From assembly GCA_031549365.1 (NCBI GenBank), contig JAVBPX010000007.1, positions 1 through 64,000 of the forward strand: 64,000 nt of DNA, read 5' to 3'. This document shows positions 9,310 to 18,243 of the stretch, piece after piece (position 1 is the stretch's first letter; each line of letters opens with the position of its first letter). The DNA is from Alphaproteobacteria bacterium (GTDB lineage Bacteria > Pseudomonadota > Alphaproteobacteria > Rs-D84). Position numbers and translations under genes: made by a program. Under the pieces are notes generated by a model, which saw only the letters and a list, made by a program, of their open reading frames with translations, was not told the DNA's origin and made no database searches.

Positions 9310-9762
9310 CTATCCTTTAACTATATTTTTACCAATAGATTTCAATAAATTTTTACTACCTTTGGTCTTTTTATATTTTCGTACTAAATTTTTTTTCTGA
9401 TTTTCCAATTCATCCATTGATTCTTTTTGACTGATTTCTCTTTCTAAAAAATCCTCATTGATTTCTTTTTCCAATCTTTTTAACACAGCAACATCGCTAT
9501 CCGAATCCGCCGAAGCCCCACCAGCACCATAACCAGCCCGCTGTTTTGCAATTGTTTTTTTAATTAAATTAGCTTTATTTTTATTTGCCTCGGCCATCTG
9601 ACGAATTAATTTTTGTCTTTCGGTCTCAACCTCTAAAATATCACTTTTTAATTTTTTCTTTTCTTTTTTGGCATCACTAACGCTTCCGCCAATTGATTTA
9701 ACAGCATCCAAACTCCCAGATACCCCTATAATTTTTTCAACATCACTTACAATTTGTCCCAT
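9310..9762 (-). CDS. Putative internal virion/ejection-type coiled-coil protein
   Basis: Lies after the nozzle gene; coiled coil with QRAGYGAGG motif. Confidence 0.5.
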   Translation of the reverse strand: MGQIVSDVEKIIGVSGSLDAVKSIGGSVSDAKKEKKKLKSDILEVETERQKLIRQMAEANKNKANLIKKTIAKQRAGYGAGGASADSDSDVAVLKRLEKEINEDFLEREISQKESMDELENQKKNLVRKYKKTKGSKNLLKSIGKNIVKG

Positions 9763-9835
9763 AACAACCCCTATTTTTTTAAATATAATACACCAAATAT
9801 GCCGGACCTGGTCGACGCGCCGCCATAAATATCAC

Positions 9836-11572
9836 TTATATGTAATTCCCAGAAACCAAAACAGACAATACTGTTATCGGCAATTCTTCGTCCCCCACGA
9901 TTGACCATAACGGGCAATCACATTTTGTCATAGTTCCTAATACGCCAACCGAAACATCACCGGAATATCCTGGGTTATCATCCGCATAAATAGAATTATC
10001 CAATGCGATTTTTTTCGAACCATCTCCAAAATCAACATTTATTGATTTCGTATCCAACACCCGGATCACACATTTATCAATCCGAATTTTTTTCGGCAAA
10101 TTCATACTGTCTGTAATCATCGGCAAACCGGCCACACAATGTGTGTATTTATATTTTCCACAATCGCTAAAAACCGCATTATCAAATTTTTCCAAATATG
10201 TTTTTTCATCACGATCTACAACAACATAAATATCTTCCATAACAATGGCTAATGATTTAAAAATCCCCGCTGTCCTATAAACAGACCACGCAGCCACCTC
10301 AACCGACGGCACATAAGTTAACACCGCAATACTACCATCTCCACAAACGACAAACAATTGATGCCGTCCATTATGATACGCCATCGCCAACGGCCGATTC
10401 ATTAAATGGCTTGATAATACGGCTAAATCTTGGGCGCTATATGTACCGTTTAATTTATCCAAAACCAACTCACGAATTTCATTTCCTGAACGCGACACAA
10501 ACACAGTCGATCCTTCAACCGATTGCGGCGCCAAATACGAATCAACATATGACCCAACATTTGTCTGTTGCTGAATTTGAATTGATGTGGGCGTAATTGG
10601 ATCCCCTGAAATACTCCATTCTGCAATACTGGTCAAAACTTGTAAATGCGTACCAGAAACAACCGTAACAACTTTTTGCTGTTGATGCGATAATAACATT
10701 AATGAAATCGCATCATCATCCAATCCGTTTCCTACATTAAAATTAAAATGATTCCCTGTTTTTGATAACCAAACACCACAAGGCACATCCCGCGTCCCGC
10801 CAAAAACCAATCTATTTTGATGAAATGTAACGGACGACGGGAAACCACGGCGTGGTGAAAAAACGCCCTCCTGCCAATCTGGGAAAAATCCAGTCGGACA
10901 ATCTTTCAGCGGCCGATTCTGGGAAACATCAATATACTCATCCGTAACAACGCGAATAATAAATTCCCCATCATAAAATCTTAAATGCGATCCAATATCA
11001 GATTGCTTAAAATGATTTTTCTCGGACACATATAAACGAACATGCCCCAATAATTCAGACGTCCCCAATTTTAATGAAACCCCCGAATTATCATCAAATT
11101 TCGCGAATGGAATGCAGCGCATACTATCAACCAAATCAAAATAAATATTCGCAATTGAAAATTTTCCATCAGCATTTCGTTTTAAAACTTGCGGCATATA
11201 ATCGGTATGAACAAAAATCATTTGGGAAAATCGTTGCGCTGATTGAATTTGGTTCAAATCCTTTTCATCCCAAATCGTATCCAGTTCGGCAATTTTAATA
11301 TCATCATCGTAAATTGTTAATTTGCGATCTGTTAAAACACATAAATAATCCATATCATCACGGAATACGAATGAAAACAACCGCGCCTTTCCAACAATTT
11401 CATCAACCAAAACTGTCCCAGATCTACGACGAATACCCCCAGAAACCAAAACATCCATATTTTGTAATTTTGAAACACCATTGATAACATTTTTCAAATC
11501 GTTACGAACATGAGCAAATTTGCTAATTTCCCCAGACGAAAAATTAGATTGCGTTTTGATAAAACGTCCCAC
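9836..11572 (-). CDS. Podovirus tail tubular protein B / nozzle (T7 gp12-like)
   Basis: QSNFSSGEIS start, GGIRRRSGT, FPSSVTFHQNRLVFGG and VAAWS motifs. Confidence 0.85.
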   Translation of the reverse strand: MGRFIKTQSNFSSGEISKFAHVRNDLKNVINGVSKLQNMDVLVSGGIRRRSGTVLVDEIVGKARLFSFVFRDDMDYLCVLTDRKLTIYDDDIKIAELDTIWDEKDLNQIQSAQRFSQMIFVHTDYMPQVLKRNADGKFSIANIYFDLVDSMRCIPFAKFDDNSGVSLKLGTSELLGHVRLYVSEKNHFKQSDIGSHLRFYDGEFIIRVVTDEYIDVSQNRPLKDCPTGFFPDWQEGVFSPRRGFPSSVTFHQNRLVFGGTRDVPCGVWLSKTGNHFNFNVGNGLDDDAISLMLLSHQQQKVVTVVSGTHLQVLTSIAEWSISGDPITPTSIQIQQQTNVGSYVDSYLAPQSVEGSTVFVSRSGNEIRELVLDKLNGTYSAQDLAVLSSHLMNRPLAMAYHNGRHQLFVVCGDGSIAVLTYVPSVEVAAWSVYRTAGIFKSLAIVMEDIYVVVDRDEKTYLEKFDNAVFSDCGKYKYTHCVAGLPMITDSMNLPKKIRIDKCVIRVLDTKSINVDFGDGSKKIALDNSIYADDNPGYSGDVSVGVLGTMTKCDCPLWSIVGDEELPITVLSVLVSGNYI

Positions 11573-11583
11573 ATTTAACTCCT

Positions 11584-12126
11584 TTAATACCTAACATCCA
11601 ATAACGAAAAATGAATTCCCCCATCTCTTGACACTTGGGAACTGTCTATAAATTTTGCCTGACGTAATTCGGCCTCGAACAAAGAAACCAGAGTCCGGTA
11701 TAAATTATAATTCTCGGTCAGAGGCAAACAAAATTCGCACGCCAACTTTAAAACAGCAATTGATTGAAAATATGGAGGATAGTCGGAAACATCGACTCGC
11801 CGAATATAATTCAAATTAATCGAAGATGTATTTGCAAAAATATTTGCACCCATAACTTCATAATTATTTGTTTCATCCACACTTATAATCCGCAAACAAT
11901 CAGACGGGATTAAAAAACAATTTTTCCTATCCTCACCTGCAACAGGGATCAATCTTTTTGAAACTCTGGCAAAATTCCAAGGATGCATCGCCACCAAACC
12001 ATCAACAACGCCTGGAAATATTGCATGCGCCATAACGGCCGCAACCGATTCTTCCGACATGGAAACAATCGGTTTTTCACCAATTTTTAATAATGCTTGC
12101 GCGCATAAATCTATTTTGGTTAACAT
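11584..12126 (-). CDS. Podovirus tail tubular protein A / adaptor (T7 gp11-like)
   Basis: TKIDLCAQALLKIGEKPI, HPWNFA and IPSDCLRII motifs; upstream of the nozzle gene. Confidence 0.85.
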   Translation of the reverse strand: MLTKIDLCAQALLKIGEKPIVSMSEESVAAVMAHAIFPGVVDGLVAMHPWNFARVSKRLIPVAGEDRKNCFLIPSDCLRIISVDETNNYEVMGANIFANTSSINLNYIRRVDVSDYPPYFQSIAVLKLACEFCLPLTENYNLYRTLVSLFEAELRQAKFIDSSQVSRDGGIHFSLLDVRY

Positions 12127-12216
12127 TTAAAAACCTCTCTATTAATAAGGGCAACCATAATGGCACCAAACAGCCCATCGCCAAATCGAACACTTGAATC
12201 AGCAATGGGCACAAAA

Positions 12217-12444
12217 TTATAACGCAACCGTTTTAACAACTTCATCCGTGCTTGTTACAACCAATATTCTAGTGGCATCAGTTCCGTTTGTTAAAATCAT
12301 ATCGCCCTTGTTCATCAATCCAGAAACAGTATTAAAAAAACCATCGACCTGAATATTTGCAATCGCTTCACGACCGGCATAATGCCACAAAGTAAAGCCA
12401 TTTGCATATGCAATGACCGACAAACATTTATTTGAAAAAGACAT
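12217..12444 (-). CDS. Small conserved phage head-associated protein
   Basis: LSVIAYANGFTLWHY motif, strong AAGGAG RBS, directly after the capsid gene. Confidence 0.65.
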   Translation of the reverse strand: MSFSNKCLSVIAYANGFTLWHYAGREAIANIQVDGFFNTVSGLMNKGDMILTNGTDATRILVVTSTDEVVKTVAL

Positions 12445-12552
12445 AAATAACTCCTTATTTAATTATTAAAAATCCTATCGGTTCGATCTGAAATTCAATA
12501 TATTATTTTCATTGCAATAATTTATAAAATCTGACCGAACCGGTAAAATTAA

Positions 12553-13374
12553 CTATTGTGCGTCTTCACATTTCAAACGAACAACACCAGATCCATCAAC
12601 CATAATGGCCCCTTGGGACATACTGTTTGATACGAAATGCGCTGCACGTTCACCATGCCAAGAAATATCGGATTTCACATCCTGACCACATGCATGACCA
12701 ATGGCCGAACGGTGATAAATGAAACAATCACGCTCATCTCCATTAATTGGTAACGCATTATGTAAAACCCAAATAATCCCCATCCATTTTTTGGACTCGG
12801 ATCCACTCAATAATGGATATTGATTTCCAACATATTCTGATGATACAAATTCATCCATGGACAATAATTGGTTCCATTGATTAACACCAACAACAGCAAA
12901 TCTCTGACCATCATCTGGCACATCATTTTGATTTAATTTTGCAATTGCGGATAAAATCAAATCCTTGGACAAACCGGTTGAATAATCCCCAACAAATGCG
13001 GTCGCAGAATTCATAGCATTAATAATTAATTCATCGGTTTTTCGACCCAACGCATACGCCCCAGCGGACGCAACAACACGACGTTCATCAACATTGGTTT
13101 TTAATTCATCCAATGCATCAACCCAATCCCCTGCATAAAAATCATTCAACAAACATTCAACTGGCTCATGATCCAAATTCATCACAGGCACCAACCCATG
13201 ACGCGATTTTGAACTGGCAATACCTTTGCCTACTTTTTGAAAAGTTGTGCTTGCGCCAACAACTCCATTTTTTGATCTAACCGTAGCACGCAATTTTGTA
13301 CCAATTTGTTGATACGCCAAATGCACATCGGCTTCGAACTGTTTAACAAACGCTTGGTCAATTGACAAAGACAT
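12553..13374 (-). CDS. Podovirus-type major capsid protein
   Basis: SIDQAFVKQFEADVHLAYQQIGTKLR, YAGDWVDALDELK, AYALGRKTDELII and SAIGHACG; AAGGAG RBS. Confidence 0.88.
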   Translation of the reverse strand: MSLSIDQAFVKQFEADVHLAYQQIGTKLRATVRSKNGVVGASTTFQKVGKGIASSKSRHGLVPVMNLDHEPVECLLNDFYAGDWVDALDELKTNVDERRVVASAGAYALGRKTDELIINAMNSATAFVGDYSTGLSKDLILSAIAKLNQNDVPDDGQRFAVVGVNQWNQLLSMDEFVSSEYVGNQYPLLSGSESKKWMGIIWVLHNALPINGDERDCFIYHRSAIGHACGQDVKSDISWHGERAAHFVSNSMSQGAIMVDGSGVVRLKCEDAQ

Positions 13375-13527
13375 CTATAACTCCTTTATTAAATTAAAAA
13401 ACCGGGAATGAACCCCACTCCCGGCAAACACAAATACTCTCACAGTTGTACAGGAAATATTAAAAACCAAACGTCAAACAAATCACGATTTTCTGATAAT
13501 TCGAAACCCTATAATTTATCTAAATTA

Positions 13528-13599
13528 ATATAAATATATTTATTTCTACATTTTATTTTTCAAATAAAATGCCCCAACAATCGTTGGGACAACAAATAA
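13528..13599. repeat. Direct repeat copy 1 flanking the GNAT gene
   Basis: ATATAAATATATTTATTTCTACATTTTATTT...AAATAAAATGCCCCAACAATCGTTGGG matches 14453-14527. Confidence 0.75.
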
Positions 13600-13703
13600 T
13601 CCAATATCAAAATTAATGTTATATTTTTAATAAAATCTCGCGCTGCAAAAATATACTTCTAAACACTCGGGCCCAACTGGGTTCCCCGAAAAACTCACTT
13701 ATT

Positions 13704-14291
13704 TTATTTGAATTCTTTTGCTAATTTTGAAAACAATGCCGAAGTTCTGAATCTATTTTCTTTTCTTACAAATACATCTTCGCGCAATTCGCCCTCAAAT
13801 ACATAACCGCAACGGCTGGCTACTTTTTTGCTTTGTTCATTTTCCCTATCGCACCGTATAAAAATTCTATTCATTTTAAAATCATTAAACAGCTCTTTTT
13901 CCAGTGCCGAAATTGCATATTTGATAATCCCTTTGCCTGTCATATCTTTATCCAGCCAATATCCCAATCCACACAACCTGTCTTGCGTATTTATCTTGTG
14001 AACATCAATCCATCCGCACATAGCGCCATCAAAAAAAATCCCAAACTCAAAATTTTTACAATCCTCCCAATCAGACTTTGCAGCATATAAAAACGCCAAA
14101 GAATCATTAACATCTTTTACAACATCGTCATTTGCCCACTGAACAAATGGCAACAGATGATGCCGATTTCTTTCCGTCATATTAAAAAGCAATCGCGCAT
14201 TTTCCAAATCGGGTTCGACAAATCTCAATTCCAAACCTTTGACGTCCGTTGAAATTACTTTTGGAAACATCTTTAAATCAATAACATCCAT
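13704..14291 (-). CDS. RimJ/RimL-family GNAT acetyltransferase
   Basis: GLGYWLDKDMTGKGI and NEQSKKVASRCGYVFEGELRE; start trimmed to MDVID. Confidence 0.88.
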   Translation of the reverse strand: MDVIDLKMFPKVISTDVKGLELRFVEPDLENARLLFNMTERNRHHLLPFVQWANDDVVKDVNDSLAFLYAAKSDWEDCKNFEFGIFFDGAMCGWIDVHKINTQDRLCGLGYWLDKDMTGKGIIKYAISALEKELFNDFKMNRIFIRCDRENEQSKKVASRCGYVFEGELREDVFVRKENRFRTSALFSKLAKEFK

Positions 14292-14452
14292 CAAAAATCC
14301 TTTTATATTTTGTACCAATCGCTTGAAGAATAGCATAAAATTTATATTTTTCAAACTATTAACATATGATTGGCAGAATTGAACTTCGTCTACTTGACGA
14401 CCCACCCACCAGAATTTTAACACAAGGAAAACTCAACGATGCAATCTCAACT

Positions 14453-14527
14453 ATATAAATACATTTATTCCTACATTTTTATTTACCAAAATAAAAATGC
14501 CACAACACTCGTTGGGCAAAAAATAAA
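14453..14527. repeat. Direct repeat copy 2 flanking the GNAT gene
   Basis: ATATAAATACATTTATTCCTACATTTTTATTT...AAATAAAAATGCCACAACACTCGTTGGG matches 13528-13599. Confidence 0.75.
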
Positions 14528-14614
14528 ATATTTTAAAGGCTAAATACTCTCTTTCAAAAATCCCCGAACTTTTTTATTGTCCGGGGATCACTCTCTAACA
14601 AGAAATCAAAATTA

Positions 14615-15376
14615 TTACTTCTTGGCAAACATAAATGATAATTCACTATAAATTGCTCGGAACGAAGTAATTGTTAATGTCAAAATAAATGACACTATTG
14701 CGAAACGACGAACTGCAAACCAAACCATATCCCATGAAAACCAACATACTTGGTCCGATAAACAGTATTCCGACAAACTACGTCCAATTATATGCCCAGC
14801 ATCCAAATAATACAGAATTCCCGCTACAAATCCCAATCCCAAAGAAATCACAACGTTTTGTTTTAATTCCTTGGAAACTCTTGGACGACGTTTTTCTGTG
14901 TAATTTCCATAAACAAACAAAAATACACATGCAATAACAAACAAAAACATAGGAATAAAAAATTTCATAAACAACGAAATCCAAACAAAAAATTGGTCAA
15001 TTAAAAACAAATCTAATGAAAACACATCTGTGTATCTATAAACAGCAACCGCATTCATAACACCAAAATAAGTTGCAACAAATGCTGACACCATCATCCA
15101 AAATGCCATAAACCGTCTGGCACCAATATAACCCGCAATATTTGTAATTTCATGCCCAATATTGCTAACTGAATTTTGTGTTTCTTTTAACAACTTTTGC
15201 TCCGCAGCACCCTTTTTTTCAGGCACCACAGAATTTAAATCTTTTTCAACAGCTTCAACCACCTTAACAGGCTTAACAACTTTCTCCGCCTTAACTGATT
15301 TAACAGCCTTAATCTTTTTAACTTTTTTGACCTTAATTTCTCTTGCCAATGAAACTTTCTTTTTTGGTCTTGCCAT
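14615..15376 (-). CDS. Hypothetical membrane protein with Lys-rich N-terminus
   Basis: MARPKKK...VKKVKK N-terminus followed by about four hydrophobic segments; GAGG RBS. Confidence 0.7.
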   Translation of the reverse strand: MARPKKKVSLAREIKVKKVKKIKAVKSVKAEKVVKPVKVVEAVEKDLNSVVPEKKGAAEQKLLKETQNSVSNIGHEITNIAGYIGARRFMAFWMMVSAFVATYFGVMNAVAVYRYTDVFSLDLFLIDQFFVWISLFMKFFIPMFLFVIACVFLFVYGNYTEKRRPRVSKELKQNVVISLGLGFVAGILYYLDAGHIIGRSLSEYCLSDQVCWFSWDMVWFAVRRFAIVSFILTLTITSFRAIYSELSFMFAKK

Positions 15377-15455
15377 AATCCAATCCTCTCTATTCTCTCG
15401 AACTCTCCTAAACAAAAAACGGGTTCAACCAAATGGCCGAACCCGCACAACCATC

Positions 15456-16031
15456 TTATTTTTTCTTTGCTACTTTTTTAACAGCTGGTTTTTTGGCTGC
15501 TGGTTTTTTAACAGCAACTTTTTTTGCAACTGGTTTTTTCGCAGGGGCTTTTTTTGCCACTACTTTCTTAGCAACTGGTTTTTTTGCTGCTGGTTTTTTT
15601 GCAACTACTTTTTTAACAGCTGGTTTTTTGGCTGCTGGTTTTTTAACAGCAACTTTTTTTGCAACTGGTTTTTTCGCAGGGGCTTTTTTAACAGCAACTT
15701 TTTTTGCAACTGGCTTTTTTGCGGCTACAGGTTTTTTTGCAACAGCTTTTTTAACAGCCAATTTTGCAACTTTTTTTGCAACTGGTTTTTTCGCAGGAGC
15801 TTTTTTAACAGCAACTTTTTTGGCCACTGGTTTCTTAGCAACTGGTTTTTTAACAGCTACAACTTTTTTTGCAACTGGTTTCTTAGCGGCTGGTTTTTTC
15901 GCAGCTACTTTTTTAACAGCTGGTTTTTTAACAGCTGGTTTTTTTGCAGCAGCTTTAACAGCAGGTTTCGCAGCTACTTTTTTTGCAGCTGGTTTTTTCC
16001 CTTCGCTAAAGAACTTTGATAATACGGACAT
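15456..16031 (-). CDS. Histone H1-like Lys/Ala/Pro repeat protein (Hc2/AlgP-like)
   Basis: Almost entirely KKP(A/V)A, KKVAV and KKAPA pentapeptide repeats; AGGAG-rich RBS. Confidence 0.85.
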   Translation of the reverse strand: MSVLSKFFSEGKKPAAKKVAAKPAVKAAAKKPAVKKPAVKKVAAKKPAAKKPVAKKVVAVKKPVAKKPVAKKVAVKKAPAKKPVAKKVAKLAVKKAVAKKPVAAKKPVAKKVAVKKAPAKKPVAKKVAVKKPAAKKPAVKKVVAKKPAAKKPVAKKVVAKKAPAKKPVAKKVAVKKPAAKKPAVKKVAKKK

Positions 16032-16150
16032 TCCTTTCTCCTTCCTTATTTATCTCAGATCATTTTTTAATGATCTTAAAACAATTGTAATGGATCTGGA
16101 AATTTTAGTAAAGCACTTTTTAATAAATTCTAAAAAATAATTTCAAAAAA

Positions 16151-16807
16151 TTACGAATATAATTTTTTAAAACCCGATTCAATTTTTTTTACATACTCTT
16201 GATCGTGTTCTCTCCAATATTTTGGATCACGCATCATCGTTCGTAAATCATTTTCATTTAATGATGAATCAAAATTTTCACCAGTTGAAATTTTTGGCTC
16301 AACCGATTGCATCATATTGTATAACGCTTGTATTCCCTTGGCGCTGGAACACATTGTATTCATAACATCTTCCGGCAAAAACTTTTCGCCCCACGCTTGA
16401 ATTGATTCACATGATGAAATCATTTTATCTTTTGAACCAAAAATTTTTTCTAATTCACTTAATTCTTCCAACTCGGATCGAATTTGAAAAATATTATCCA
16501 ACTCTGGTTTTAAAATTTCATCCGCCAACAAATAAATCTGTTCAACTTGATTTTTATTCAAACCAATTTTTTTAAACGTATTTCGAATCGAATCATTATT
16601 TTCAAACATCGGATGTATCGGATATTCTGAAACATCATCCGGCACACCAATTGCTTTGAAAAACTTCTGACGACATTCATCATCCATATCATTATTTGGG
16701 ATTGAAATCATCCCACCCATCTTTTTTTCCAACGCCAAATATGAATTCATCAATGAATCCACATTCAACTCACCATTTTCATTTTTAAATTTTTCTGGAA
16801 TATCCAT
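16151..16807 (-). CDS. Capsid assembly scaffolding protein (podovirus-type)
   Basis: IPEKF...SYLALEKKMG start and C-terminal LRTMMRDPKYWRE...GFKKLY. Confidence 0.8.
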   Translation of the reverse strand: MDIPEKFKNENGELNVDSLMNSYLALEKKMGGMISIPNNDMDDECRQKFFKAIGVPDDVSEYPIHPMFENNDSIRNTFKKIGLNKNQVEQIYLLADEILKPELDNIFQIRSELEELSELEKIFGSKDKMISSCESIQAWGEKFLPEDVMNTMCSSAKGIQALYNMMQSVEPKISTGENFDSSLNENDLRTMMRDPKYWREHDQEYVKKIESGFKKLYS

Positions 16808-16879
16808 AACCCCTCCACAGTAAAAGTATTACCCACTTAATGAACGAACTAAAATAACGTCAAAATGGGATGAGTATAA

Positions 16880-16948
16880 AGAATTCCAAAAATTTTAGGG
16901 CCGCGATGTACATAGTGGTACATAAGGTTCTAAAATTTTTGGAACTTG
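16880..16948. repeat. Family B-like long hairpin
   Basis: TTCCAAAAATTTTAGGGCC...ATGTAC-ATAGTG-GTACAT...GGTTCTAAAATTTTTGGAA. Confidence 0.55.
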
Positions 16949-16970
16949 TTTTTAATCGCCCATTTTCACG

Positions 16971-17159
16971 TTATTTTGCAATACTGGAACGCAGAAAAAA
17001 TATCCCAGCCAACGGAAACACCGTCTGCAATAAATCAATCAAACCTAAATCTCCGACAAAAAACGCACCGATTGCGGAAATAATTCCAACCCCGGTTGTA
17101 ATATATGTCTTTTTACCTTTAAATAACCCACCATTAATAATGCTTAAAATTGTATTCAT
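16971..17159 (-). CDS. Small two-TM holin-like protein
   Basis: 62 aa, FKGKKTY motif, two hydrophobic helices, AAGGAG RBS; next to a cell wall hydrolase. Confidence 0.6.
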   Translation of the reverse strand: MNTILSIINGGLFKGKKTYITTGVGIISAIGAFFVGDLGLIDLLQTVFPLAGIFFLRSSIAK

Positions 17160-17284
17160 AATAACTCCTTATATATAATGTCTAAAACACACCAACCTTT
17201 GACTCTAAAAAAATACCCGTACCAACAAAAGTATTTCAAAATCAATCAAAACGTACTAGTTGGCTTCGCTTTTCATTGATTTTT

Positions 17285-17740
17285 CTATAAATAAAATAAC
17301 AAATTCCCAACTTCATAAATATACCCCAACGCTCTGGCCCAATCCGGATCCATATCATTTCGATGAAACCGAACCGCTGAAAATATATTATTTGAAATTT
17401 GTCCTAACATCATCCGCCGAATTGTTCTTAAACAAACCAAAAATTCTTCATCAGTGTTATCAACAAACAAATACGAATGATGATTCGATTCCCGATCTAA
17501 CGATTCAAATAGTGCCGCATCCTCACCAATTGCTTCAAAAGATTGTCCCAACAATTTATGTCGATTTAAAATCATAGCAGCCAATGCTTCCTTAACCGCT
17601 AAATCTTCACCACTTGTTTCCGCATACATTACTCGGGCCAATTTATATTGAATCCTCTTTTCATCATCATAATTTTCAATAATTGTAAAAATCGGCTTTG
17701 AAATTTGTGAAACCATTTCTGTTTTTAAAACAACATTCAT
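17285..17740 (-). CDS. Cell wall hydrolase (SleB/Hydrolase_2 family)
   Basis: LARVMYAETSGE, AAMILNR, AVRFH...PDWA...VGNLLFY. Confidence 0.8.
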   Translation of the reverse strand: MNVVLKTEMVSQISKPIFTIIENYDDEKRIQYKLARVMYAETSGEDLAVKEALAAMILNRHKLLGQSFEAIGEDAALFESLDRESNHHSYLFVDNTDEEFLVCLRTIRRMMLGQISNNIFSAVRFHRNDMDPDWARALGYIYEVGNLLFYL

Positions 17741-18024
17741 AAATTGTCTCCTCTCTCTAATTTTTTTTCAATCCTCAACAAATGATCCGTCAACCTAGTT
17801 TCCAAATCCTTCATAGCGGACATACTTGCGTAATTCCTTGCAACATCTAATTTATAATCAGCCAAATCTTTGCGAATTGCATCTACATGAAACGCATAAT
17901 TCTCGCGTAAACGTTCAACCAAATGTTCGACTGCCGAAATCTGATTTCGAATCCATAAAAAAAAGCCCCCGATCAAGGGAACTTCTACAACCTGTATCCA
18001 CCAGGCCAAATCCATATTCTCCAT
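17737..18024 (-). CDS. Phage-type membrane-anchored coiled-coil protein
   Basis: N-terminal TM then LADYKLDVARNYAS...RLTDHLLRIEKKL; translationally coupled to the hydrolase. Confidence 0.6.
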   Translation of the reverse strand: MENMDLAWWIQVVEVPLIGGFFLWIRNQISAVEHLVERLRENYAFHVDAIRKDLADYKLDVARNYASMSAMKDLETRLTDHLLRIEKKLERGDNL

Positions 18025-18038
18025 ACAAAACTCTTATT

Positions 18039-18075
18039 TGTCATTGCGAGGAGCTATGGCTCCGTGGCAATCTTT
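18039..18075. repeat. GTCATTGCGAG...GCAATC REP-like palindrome
   Basis: TGTCATTGCGAGGAGCTATGGCTCCGTGGCAATCT; related to ~29-52, ~59658-59685 and ~61751-61785. Confidence 0.65.
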
Positions 18076-18243
18076 GCAATTATTAAAAAAGTATAAAAAA
18101 ATCGGCCCAGGGCCGATCAAATACACTTCTACTGTTAATGGAAACATAGTACCACATTTCAACCTGAAAGTCAAGACATTTTTTAATAGACAACACGCAA
18201 TTTTCGTTTTATCCTACATCGCTTAAACATGAAAGGCTTAAAA

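Noticed and set aside
15456-16031. Regular 15-bp repeats as a possible CRISPR array
   Set aside because: They are coding pentapeptide repeats without unique spacers, and no cas genes are present in the window.
15162-16140. Long plus-strand ORFs 15162-16019 and 15433-16140
   Set aside because: Antisense shadows of the repetitive H1-like gene; the FFATG/CNWFF repeats simply mirror the KKPVA codons.
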